Assembly: GCA_028870995.1 (NCBI GenBank)
Contig: JAGWOI010000002.1
Coordinates: 110,463-174,462, forward strand
From: Candidatus Omnitrophota bacterium
Lineage (GTDB): Bacteria > Omnitrophota > Gorgyraeia > Zapsychrales > Fredricksoniimonadaceae
Direction of reading: 5' to 3'
Length of the DNA: 64,000 bases
Shown here: positions 27,001-39,000 of the stretch, one piece after another
Numbering within the stretch: position 1 is the stretch's first letter
Layout of the letters: each line of letters begins with the position of its first letter
Position numbers and translations under genes: made by a program
Notes under the pieces: model-generated
Database searches by the model: none
What the model was told of the DNA's origin: nothing
Seen by the model: the letters and a program-made list of their open reading frames with translations, nothing else

Positions 27001-30000
27001 AGGCTGACAAGGAGCAGGTGGTTTATTTAGGAGATGAGTTCCTTGAAGACGGCAACGACCATGCGGCAGCGGCTCTCGGGATAGGGCTTACCATTAATGT
27101 GGGACATCGGGAGGCGGAAAAAATCCCGGAACCCTTCATCAATTCCACCATATTGGGTCCGAGAGCGGGCATAGAGTATCTGATGATCATCAGGGACGTC
27201 CTGCCCGCCGAGAAAATCTGGAGGCTGTCATGGCTGCGTAAATTTGCGGGAAGCCTGATGATCATCGTGATCTTGACCTTGAGCGCCGCCTCAGTCCAGG
27301 CAGCGGTGATCGATGATCTTATTGCCAGCCAAAATCCCCGCACAGGGATGGTCGTCAGTTATCAGGGGACAACCAACGCTTATAATATCAACCAGGCCTA
27401 TGCTTATGACAATGCCGAAGCGCTCGAGTCCATGCTGTCGGCAGGCAGGACCAACGAAGCCAAAAGATTGTTTTATGCCTTCTTTGATGTTTATAAGGAC
27501 AACGCAGTTAATTTTGACGGTTTCGATAATTCTTACAACGTTACCAATGGCGCTGTGGGCAATGAAAATTACCCGACGGCAGGGCCCAACCTGTATTGGG
27601 GGATCGCAGGCATCGATTATGCCGCAGCGATGCAGGACACCAACGGCATTGTCCTTGCCGAGGCTGTCTTTCATTGGACCCATGGGCTCAGGCATCTCAA
27701 CGGCGCCATTGCCTTCGGCAACAGCGGCATTTGGCCGGGGATTTTCTCGACAGAGCACAGTATCGATAATGTGGGTTTCCTGCGTAAATTCCTGCCGTTG
27801 GCCTCAGGCGTCGAGGCGGCGTCAGCCGAAAACGATCTAAATGCGGCGAGGAACTGGTTAAGCACCACGGCCTTTGACAGGGCAGCGGGCCTTTTCAACA
27901 GCGGCCTCAATGCCGCAGGCATCGACAATACCCGTGCGGCGGATACAACCAGCCTGTCCATTCTTCTTGGGACCGATGAGGTGCGCCGTTGGGGCATGGA
28001 TCCTGATGTGCTTTTTGCCAAAAGCGTTGTTGTTTTTGCCGCAGGAGACCGGGGATTTGATATTTCAGATGCGTTCAATGCCTTGCGCGTGCCGCGTGGC
28101 ATGTATCCCTTCGGCGAATTCACGGCCCAAATGTCCCAGGCGTATGCGTTGATGGCCCAGGATGCTTTGCAGCAAGGGCACGCCGCGCAGGCGGATCTTT
28201 ATGCCGTGGAGGCAGCCCGGTACCTCTATCTTTTGACGGCAACGAACACCTATCCGTATTGTCCCGCCGTTGGTATCCAGGTTTTTTGGAATAATCCTTC
28301 TTTTAAGACCGTTAACGGCAGATCCGCTGCCGTGATGGCAAGGATCGTTCAGTCGGCCGATGGGTATAACCCATTCGATGTGATGCCGTCCTTAAATCTG
28401 ACCGTGGGGATTTCGCAGAAGACCAATATTTTCCTTCAGATCATCCGCAATGATCCGCGGCTGATCAGAGGCGTGGTGCAATATTCGACAAATTTGATCG
28501 ATTGGTTGCCGTTGAGCACCAATAGCCTGTCCTCGCGGACCAATTCCTGGATGGACAAGAATGCCGTCAAACAGCATCCTAAAAAGTTTTACCGCGTCAC
28601 AGCGCCGCAGCCGCTATCGTCCAATAACTCCACCCTTCCTGTGACCATGGCCATGGCAGGAGCGGTTGTTCTCTGGAAGAGGCGAAAGATTTTGACGGCG
28701 CATGCTTATCCGGCCAGGGGAACGGATCGCGGCCCGACGGATCATCGGATAAAATCCGGAGAGGATGATAAGGGGGTGCCGATGGGCCTGGCCACCTTTG
28801 TCCCGACGGACTTGGCAGAAAGATACCGGTTTGCCGCGCAGGCCCATCAGCAGGACTTGGTACGCGAACTGCGGGAAAAATTCGGTGCGTATGGTTTCAC
28901 ACGATTGGTTTATCCGGCGGCGGGCGGCGATCACATGACGGTATTGTCTGCCTTAAGGATCTGGCCGAACATCGAGGAATTGCATTTCATTGACCCCGTG
29001 CTGGATGAGCAGTCGATCAGGCAATGGCAGGACAATCTCGAGACCCAAGGCGGTCTTTGGGGCCTTGCCGACGTGCCGGAGGCGACCTTCATCACCGGGG
29101 ATTATAGAGCTAATCCGCCGCTTGGCCCCACCACGGGACGAACCTTATTTATCGATAAAACTCCCGGACAGAAAGGGTGCTTAAGGCAGGACCCGCAGTG
29201 GGTGAAGGCCCTTTTGAGGGATGCCCGTGCCGGAGACGCCATATTATCGCTGAATATTATTTCGAATCCGGTGTTAAATATCGCTGGTGTACAGCTGGGG
29301 CCGCTGACCTTGCCGCATGACTATGATCATCAACAGCAATGGTGGTTGACCCGATTGCCTGCGGCAGTGGAGAAGAATGGCTATAACGGGTTTAAGTTCA
29401 GGCGGGGATATAACGGACCTGCGGTATTGCCTGGTGTGCTGGATGATAAGTCAAGGCCGTGGCTGCTGGCCCAAGGCTCCTGGGGCAAGGTGGAAAGAAC
29501 ATCAGGATCGAGCCTTACCGAAGAAGAACTGGCGGAAATCAATGCCCAATTGACCAGGCAGAGACAGGCCCTGCTGCAGGATGCCGTATTCCGGGAGTCA
29601 CAACTGTGCATCGTTTCGCCAGCCCGTACTGCCGCCCACTTTGAAACCCGCGGCAGGCAAGTGCCCCGCATCGCTCTCGACACCCGGACCTTTATCAATC
29701 CTGATCTCTTGCGGATAGTTCTAAGTCATGAATTCAAGGATTTATATTACCAGGCAAAGTATCCCCAAATCCCCATGATCGTCAGGGAAATGCTCAGTCA
29801 TCTGACGGTTGATGTCCGGGAATTCATGGCGCTGGTGACCAAAGACCGCCGCCGGGCCCGAAAACTCCTCGAGGATTACCGCCAATTAGCCGATGTCAAC
29901 GGCATGTACAGGATCTATTCCCTTATTTACAACAACCGCTATGAAGGGCCGCTGGGCCTGGCCGGGGAGGTTTATTACATGCTGACCCGTGAGCCGCTTT

Positions 30001-33000
30001 ATTTCCAGAGCCAGCGTGAAGCCATGGCCAAACTTTCCCTCTCCCAGGTGCTGGCGCATGAAATTTTCAAGAAGGAAATCCAGGCCGGGAGCATACGATT
30101 CAATGACCAAGACCAGGGAGAGATGGGCTTTACAAAGGATATACCCGTTACCGAAAGACCGCGTAAAGCATTCTCTTGGGGCAGGCCATGGCAGGAGCCT
30201 GAAGGACGCCAGATGGATCTGGGCCTGGATATTAAATCTTTTACAGGGTTCTTGCTTCTTATGGCCGCAAGCCTTTCGTTGACCGGCTGCAGCAGTCATC
30301 ACGCAGCAGCCGCTGTGGCCGACCTTGCGGCGGGCGTCATGATGGCCGTCGCAGGGACCCTGTTTTCCATGACGGTCTTGCTGCGTCCCCAATCCCGCTT
30401 TATGAAATGGCTGCTGACCGTATCAACCACACGTTGGCACGACCGGTTTAAGATGAGGTTGTTTGAATGGATTTCCCTGGGCCTGCCTTCCATCAAAAAA
30501 CATTTGCAGATCAACATCGTTTTGCCTGGCTCCGCGTCTTTAAGAGCAAACCATGCTGTTTCGCTGCCGCCGGACGTGGCCATGAAAACGCTGGCCATGA
30601 AAGAATCCCAGGAAAATATTTTGCGGATACAACAAAAAGGCTGGGCCCTGAATAATTTTACGGGAGTGCTCCATCCGCAGAATCCTCAAATGCAGCGGGG
30701 ATTGGAATCAGCGACAGCTGGAGATCTGCAGGGCGAGGGGAATCAATACATGCCCGGGACGGCCGAGGCACCGGTGGTTTTGACCTTTGACGGGAAAAAG
30801 ATATGGCAACGCCTGCCATTAAACGGACGTTCAGAGCTTGCACCGGGCAGCGTTGTTTATGCCGTTTGGCATCACCCGAAAGACCCGAATCAATACATGG
30901 AAGGCGTTTTGTCCTTGCAAGATGACAGCCGGAATAAGGTCATCCCCAGGGTACATGAGGGCAGTTGGGAAATCCTCACCGCCCATGACCACCAGGACTA
31001 TGTGAGACTGCGCCCCAACTTGCTGGCCGTGGTTCCGGTCACCGACGTCTACCATAGACAGAGACAGGCGGTGGGTGCTTTTCAAGGAAGCCACGGAGTA
31101 TTTTTGTTGGGGCCTGGCCTGGATCGCCGGGAAGCACTGGAGCGCATGACCAGGGGGCTGGTCCTGGCGGGAATCCTCGGTGAGAGCGGCAAGCTGATTG
31201 TCAGCAGCCGCCGGCAAAGCGACAACACCGACATATCCACTATCCAGGAGGCGGCACTGGCCTGTGCCGGCACCGTAAGGCAAAAGGAAATTTTCACTAT
31301 TGGCCGTAACGGCGACACCATATCCGGAAACGGCGCCGGGCCCATTAAAGGCCTGTGGGTTTGGTTCAACAATCCGCATGCGCGTAAGATTTATTTCGAA
31401 GGCAAGAGAATCGATTCGTTGAGAATTTGCCTGTTCGGCTTTCCGGGCGAACCCCTGGCCCACCTGGTTTCCGGCGCCTACAGCCAGTTTTCCGTTACAG
31501 GGCTTATCGGCCTCTCGGATGCCGACGGTTCCTTCAGCGAACTGGCGGCAACTCAGGCCGGAAGGCTTTCTTCCGGACTTTGCCAGGTTCTGGCCCAACG
31601 GCCCATTCCTTTAAAACCCGAAGGGTTAATAAACCTGTTGGAACGCTACAAGCAGGCGGTCGATTATTATGCCTCCCAAGGCGGACGGTTGGGCGACGCC
31701 TTAAAGCAGGCGGATGCCGTTATCGCGGGAGGGAAACAGGGATCCTTCAGCCGCGATTACGCGGAGAAATTCGCCGGGTACATTGTTGTCGAGTCATCGC
31801 CCGGCGCTATCACGGCGGAGGCCAGGGACCATTTGCTGGCCAAGGGCATTTTTGTATTGGGTAACTCTGTCGTTGAGATCGGGCCGTCCCTGGCAGCCAA
31901 AACAGGGTATATCAGCGCCAAAAAAGGGACAGCGGCTCCCCCCGAAATGCTTTTGCAGGACAGGATGTTCTTTGAAATGATGGTCCGGCTCATGAACGAC
32001 CTTGAAGCTGCCGCCAGGAAGTTTGATAAGACACCGACGGAATTTGGGCAAGCCTATCAGGACATCGTTCTTCAGGGGGAAGAGTCTTTTAATAAGACAA
32101 TAACCCAGTTGAGCGGGGCTTCGGTCGCCGCCTTGCGGTCGCTGGCTTTGGTCAAAGGCGATGCTCCGCTATGGAATAACCGGACCTACGAGGCGCTTTT
32201 GGCCCTGCGCCGGTGGGACGTGCTCGATCAGTCCATGCAAACCCTGGCTGCCGTCCGCCAGAGGATAAAGATCCTGGTCGGGGAGCAGCGGGAAGGCATA
32301 GTGTTTGTTGATCTGGCCGCGGCCCGGGAAGATGAAGCCAAGATCGAAAAAAGGATCCCTGAAGAAAAGAAAGATTATGAAAAAGACCTTAATGGACTGC
32401 CTCCTTCCCTGCGGTCAGGGTTTGAGACGTTCCTGGCCGGGATCAAGGGGACACCGGAATTAAGGGTCTTGAAGCGTCTGGCCTACAATATTTTTATCGT
32501 GAACCTGCCGTTTAACCTGGCGTTCCACTTCGCTGTTTATGACGAGGCCTACCGCGGCAGGCTGTTGTCCTACCGTTCTCAAGATCAATGGATGGAACTT
32601 TTAATGCGCTGTTCTCAGGAAACCAAACCGTTGGATACCATTAATGCCATCTTTGCCCTCTCTCACCTGGAGCTTCCGCCGGCCATAAGGGGAGAGATCG
32701 TTTCCATGATGGACCAGATGTTCTCCTTGAGCCTGAGGGCTGATCCGGTCAGCAAAAGCCTTTCGACCAGCGCCTTAAAGACATTAAGCGTTTCCCAAGC
32801 CATCGTGGTGACCAACAAGGAAAGGACAGAGCGCCTCCTTAACGCGGTTTGCATGATGGCTCTGGAAAGGATGAACATTACCTCGGCGGGTGACACGCTC
32901 CTCAATCAGATGGCCAATTACAGCCAAATGGATGTGACCGTGCAGAAGTGGTTTGAATTTGCGTTGAGCCAGTATAGTCCGCCCTGGCGGGAGCTTTATG

Positions 33001-36000
33001 ATGAGGCGTACGAAAAGATCGAGCGCTGGCGCGGCTATTTCAGGATGCAGGGCTGGCTTGACGATGAAGGGTTCCATCCTGAGAAGGCGGCGCATGGGAG
33101 CAAAATACAGTCAGATTTTGTCACGGCGGCCGGCGATTTCCGTTCCTGTGCGGTCTTAAGCGAGATGTGGGCCCGGACCCTGGAAGAGCACGCCGGAACT
33201 CCCGAATGCCCGGAAAGGACGCGAAAACACCTGTTGGAATCGGCCCAGGCCCTCAAGAGGCAAAAGCAGCGGCACTATGAATTTGCCGCACGCCTGGCCG
33301 ATGCTTCACGCCTGGAAGGGACCGTGCTGGCCATGTTTCGCCCCAAAGAGGCCTGGCCGCTTTGGATGAAGGCCGGGGACATGCGCCAGGCGCGTCTGGC
33401 CCTCTCTTCCATGATTTCCTGGCGCGAGGCAGGCAAACGTTGTGCCAAACAAGAGGTGCCGGACGGCCAGGCCCCTTGTCTGGTCAACCTGGCGCAATAT
33501 GTCACAAGGCCCAACGTGCTTACGCATACTTTTATGGGCATCTTCATGACCAACAGCCTGACACAGAACCATCAAACTGATATGGCCGAGGTTTACGATA
33601 CATCTTTTGATTTGGGAAGCACGCTGTCACGGTATGTCAATGAGCACCGCGAATTCATGGAAGGGGTCATCACGCGCGAATCGTTGAATAAGCTCGGCGC
33701 AGAGGCGTTCCTGCAATTGACCGACGGGCAGAATGGCCTTCTAAAGGCGGTTTCACCCGGCCTGCTGCGTTTCCGCAAGGAAATGAACCAGGTCTCTCTG
33801 GGACAAATGCGTGAGGTCTTTGGCGGCCAATATGAAGACGTCCTGGCAGCTTTGAACCAAAAGCAGGCGTCCTTGACCCTGGAAGAAAAGACACCTGTCG
33901 CCCGGGCCATTATCGCGGACTTTGCCGCCTCTTCGCACCGGCTGGCCCTGCTGAACAACAGCATTTATCTTGAGCACGAACGCCTGTATGTGTGGGTCCT
34001 TCTTAGTGTTTTCGGGCTCTATTTTACCGATGAGAGGATGGACCGTTTTGTGCGCAACATGGTCGTCAGCGGCCAAGGCGGGGGCATTTCGGGGCAGGAC
34101 ATGCAGGCCCATGTGGCTGCCGTCGAAAAAACGATGGACCTGGAGCTGGGCAGGAGCCAGGCCTTTATGACGGCCGGGACCGAAGCCATGAGGCTGTGGC
34201 TCTCGAGCAAGGTCCATGAAATCAAACAGGGATTCAGCTGCGGGATGGGGACGGTTGAGGGCAACAGCATGAGCAAGCAAGCTGAACACCTGACCCGCCA
34301 GGCACTAAGCGACGGGAAATTGGTAAGATTCAATGAATTCAAGCCTGCGACTCCGGGGCCTTATGACCCCCTCGCTGCCGCACTTCTGGAAGACGAGCGG
34401 GTGCGGCTATTTATCCCCGCTGTGAGCCTTGATGGCCGCGGCCCGCCGTATCTTTGGTTTAAATCAAAAGAACATTTCCTGGTTTCCTGTGTCCTGGACG
34501 GCCATATCATAGTTCCTGTAGGCCTTCTGGATAATCCGCATTTACTGGAAGTTTTGCGTTTTGAGATGGCCAATCTTATTTCCGGTGAAGAGACCGTCCG
34601 GGAATCTGCGCTGTTGGCAAGCAAGGTTTTATCATCCGCGGCCGGTGATTTCACCGGCAGGACTGATTTGGACCGGCGGATCATCCAGCGTGTCCGGCAG
34701 TTGGAACGAAATTTTCGGCGTCAAAAGGCGGCTGACGCCAATACGCCAACCATCTTGAACTATATTTTCTCGCGGACCCGTTATAAGAAGGGCCGTTTTG
34801 TCGTCCATCCTCTTGAAAAATTAAAGGGACATACCCGCACGCACCGCCTCCGAGGTTCTGATTCAAGCCCGAGGCCGTACATGCCGGGCGAGGCGATTGA
34901 GTTTCTGGAAGAGGAGATCATTGCGCGTCTTCAGATTTTGGGCATGGAGGCGGACATCGTGGTGAATGCCAATCCGGCGGCCGAAGGCCATTTTATGATC
35001 ATGCCCCGGCGCGGCGCGCATTTGCCCCAGTATCTTGACAGCCCCGAATACTTGAAGGCGGCTTTAACTATTTTAAGATCTTCACGGCGTAAAAATTTAA
35101 AGATCACGTTCGGCAGTAAGTACACGGCTTCCATCGACCACCTGCATTTTAATGCTTTTTATTATGGCGGGGCCGGGTTGGGGCTGGGTTTATTCTGGCC
35201 TTTGTTTAACGCGGGCAAGCTTCCTGCGGAGAAGGCGGCCCGGCAGGTTTTATTTGAACGCCGGACAGTGACAGTCATGGGCCTGGAAGATTATCCGGTC
35301 AAGGGTCTTGTCTTTTCATCGCAGGACGACGCTGCCCTGACCGAGGAGATATTTAACTATATTCAAATCCTGAACCGTCGCAAGATCGCCTATAACCTGT
35401 TGATGACGAAAAGCGGCACCTATGTATTTGTCATGAACGGCAACCGGGTCAACCGGTTCCACATGAAGATCACCTCCATTGCCGTGGCCGGAGAATATAC
35501 GATGCGGTCCCATCACAGGCGAGGCCTGATGGAGAAGGACATTGCCGGGGATTTAATGGGCTTTTCCGTTGACGGCAAAACGTTCGATGAAACGGCCGAA
35601 GAGCTGGCCCATGGACCCCAAGACCGCACGTTTAAAAGACGCGTTGATTTGAAATTCCTGGTCACTGAAGAAGAGGCCCAAAGGTTCCGCGGCGTTATTT
35701 TAGCCCAGGGAATGTTGCTGGATGAATACTGTGCAAGGGGGCCTTATTTTATTGACAGTGTTTATTGGGACAGCCCTGAGTGGCGGCTTTGGCATGAGGA
35801 AGACGGAGGGAACGCGGGTGTTCCCAAGTTGAGGATGCGTTCCTATGATTCAAGGCATGTTTTATTTTTTGAGATCAACGAACGCAGCCAGGCGAACGTT
35901 AAAACAAAACAACGCACGCCGGTGACACCCGCGGGGGCGCGGGCTGTCTTTAACGGCGAACTGCCGGGCGATGATGATATTTTGGCCGAAGACAAGGCCC

Positions 36001-39000
36001 AGGGACGGGCGGCGCTGGGAGTGTTTGTGCAATTGGTTAAAGAGAAGGCTCTTGAGCCCAGGGTCCGGATTTCTTATCTGAGGGAGGCCTATTTATCGGC
36101 GGATGATGCCTTAAGGATAAGTTTTGACCGCCGGGTGAGCGCTGCCTTTGAAAAAGAACCTTTGGCTGCTGCGGAGCCGGGAACCCTGGTGGACATCTAC
36201 AGCCCCAAGGTCGTGGTGGAGATTAAATTTAAAGAGGAGCTTCCAGAGTGGGTTTCTTCGCAAATAACACGGCCGTTAAATTTAGCGCCCCAAGAAGTGC
36301 ATAAATTTTTGGACGCGGTGAGAAAATTACGCGCAGATCCTGCGCCGCTCGCCCTGCTCCTTCCCACTGCAGAGAATAAGAGCGATCTGGCTGTCCTGCT
36401 GTCCTTAAAGGATTCAAGGGCCCTGCTCGAGTTTTTATACGAGAAAGCCCGTCAAGAGAGGGACATCATCATGAGGGAAGGGTCATCGGGCCTTGCCCTG
36501 CGCCACACGGAGGCTTTCGACGGAAAAAAATGGGTTGTGACCACACCCGCGCAGCGGCTGGCGATGATGTATGAAATGGACAGGTGGAACGATCCTGTGG
36601 AGGACCACGTCCAATGGCAGATGAATGTCTTTGGCCCCATTCTTGATGAATGGGCGGAAGGCAAATTCGGCAGCCGCGGAGAAGGAAATTTTGCCGAACT
36701 CATGACCCTGGGAACAAGATGGACTCCGGAGATCAGCGGTCAAATGATAAGGCTGCAGGAGCTTTTGGAGAAGGCCGTAGAGGCGGATGAAGCGCAGAGA
36801 CGGAGATTCGAAGATTTGCTGGCCTATGTGCAATTAGAACGCAAACAAGGGGACGGCTTCCTCGATCTCGATGATCCCGCAGCCAGATTCGATGAAGAGC
36901 TGGATATTTCCGTGGCGGCGGACAGGGTTTTAGAAAGTTTTCTGGCCTCTGTCCAAAACCCTCACGCCATCGGAGAGGTTGTGGACATATATGATGAAAT
37001 TGATTTCATGAACCACCCGTCCTTGCGCGCCTATATCCAAAAACTTGTCAGTGGCGCCTTACAATTGACCCGGCGGCGTCCTGGGCGAGCCCCAATACAT
37101 CCGTCTGACAGCAAAGACCATGCCGCCAATGGTGCGACCCGAACACAAGTTGTCAAAGAATTGATGCGGTTGAGGGGGCTGCCGCCGGGCTGGAGGTGGA
37201 ACAAAATACCTTCAGGCGGCAAGGAAATCGACAAGGGCGTCAAGCTGTACCTGCAGTTGACCGGGAAAAAACGATTGGCCCCTTCCTGTGAAGTCATTTT
37301 TCTGCGCGCGCCTCCCCAAAGCCGTTACAGAGCATTTTGGCTGGACGAATTCCCCGGGCATATCGATATTTATTTAAGGCAGGACGCCACCGGCTGGGAC
37401 GTGGCCCACGAATTACTGGCGGCCTTTGAGAACACCACCCACTCACAAAATGAATTCTTCTGCAACGATGGCCATTCGATGGCATATCGGCGGCTTGTCT
37501 TTGATATCCTTCGTCCGTATGTATCCCGCTGTCCCGTTGATCACAGTGCCGCAACAATTGAACTCCAACTCAATACACTCAAGATGCAGGCCAAGGCTTT
37601 GCTGGCGCATCGTGAAAATCCCGGCAACGAGCACTGGAGCAAATTTTTACTGGCGGTGACCCAATATCTCAGGACTGATCCATATGATTTTGTTCTCTAT
37701 CTGATGCAGAAAGATCCCCAGCAGGCATTGTCGGGGAAAGCCGGGGATACGCCCAAGGTATTTTTGGCAAGAGTCCTGGCAAATGTCGCTGACAGGCTTG
37801 CTGTTTTGATCGTCCGTTACCGGGACCTGTCAAACCGCTTTCTCTATGGCAGCCTCAAAGCGGAAGAGAAAGAACACCTTTTCAGCCTGGCCGCAAACAT
37901 CCTTGATTATGCACCGCCAACGGAAGAGGAAACTCCTGTCCCAGAGGCCTTTCAGGTCCCATCCAAGGCACAGATTCAGGGGGCGGCTGTAAAGCTAGAA
38001 AAAGAAATATGGGATCTGATGGCCAGGCCGTTGAATGAAAAGGCTTACGGCAGGATGGTCCTCCTTTATCAGCAATCGGAAGAATTGAGAAAGCCGTTGA
38101 AAATGCCGCCGGAGTCTAGGGCGCTGCCTGCCTGGGTCAACATTCGAAAATTGCTAGAGGAAGACGATATCATCCCGGCCCTTGACCTCATGCTTTTGCC
38201 CGAGGCAGCTTTAAGTAAAACCAAAACGCAAAAAATGAAGGCGGTATGGGATGAGGCGGCTGAAAGAGTTATTGCTAAGTCGGATAGCCTGACCAAGGCC
38301 AACCGTAAGAAGGAAGCGCGCGAGATTTTACAAAAGGCAGAACGACTGTTGGTTTCCACCGAAGTTTATCCGGTTTACCAAAATCTTGCCCAAGAACTGC
38401 TTGCTCTCATCAATCAAAAACATCCCAGCGCCTTGAAGGCGCAGAGACTGCTGGAGGAGCACGCCGCTTATTGGTCAGATAACCGTATTGCCAAACAATT
38501 CCTCGAGGCCATGGCCGCCGAACGGCCGTATGGGAACATGGATAAGCTGCCCAAGCAATTGGCCCATATGTCGGGCTACCTGGTGGGGGAATTGGAAGGA
38601 TTAATTGCAGAATATGAGAAACTTTACCGCCCCTTGAGCATGACGCCGGAAAGCCAGAAGCAGTTCAAGATTTGGCAGGCCGAACACCCGGATCCGGGCG
38701 ACGAAGAATTGTGGGAAGAGCTGTACGGCCTGGCCCTGGTGGAAGAAAAAGATCTGCCTTACTCAAGCCGCGATCATTATGAGGTGCTTGAAAAAGTCTT
38801 TGAAACGCATCCCAAGGTTTTGAACGCTCAAACAGGTCAATCAGAGGATTTCGACGAGCAAAAGCACGGCAGGGACCTGGGGGGCGGTATTTATTTGCGG
38901 CTCATGAAGTACAGCATGGCCCATGATAGCGTTCTGCGCCTACTGATGCAGGGAACAAGGGGTCCTGCTTGTTCTCCCGACATCTCGCTGTTCCTTTGGT

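Noticed and set aside
28560-28700. Possible PEP-CTERM-like sorting signal at the end of the embedded secreted-like module
   Set aside because: There is a hydrophobic helix plus a KRRK cluster, but no PEP tripeptide, and the segment is internal to a larger ORF. It is better described generically as an anchor-like stop-transfer helix.
34900-35190. HIT-like segment in the giant protein (GHFMIMPRRGAHLP ... IDHLHFNAFYYGG)
   Set aside because: Not listed as a feature. Only a partial HxHx motif with plausible spacing is present; it is mentioned within the phosphoryl-transfer finding as a possibility only.
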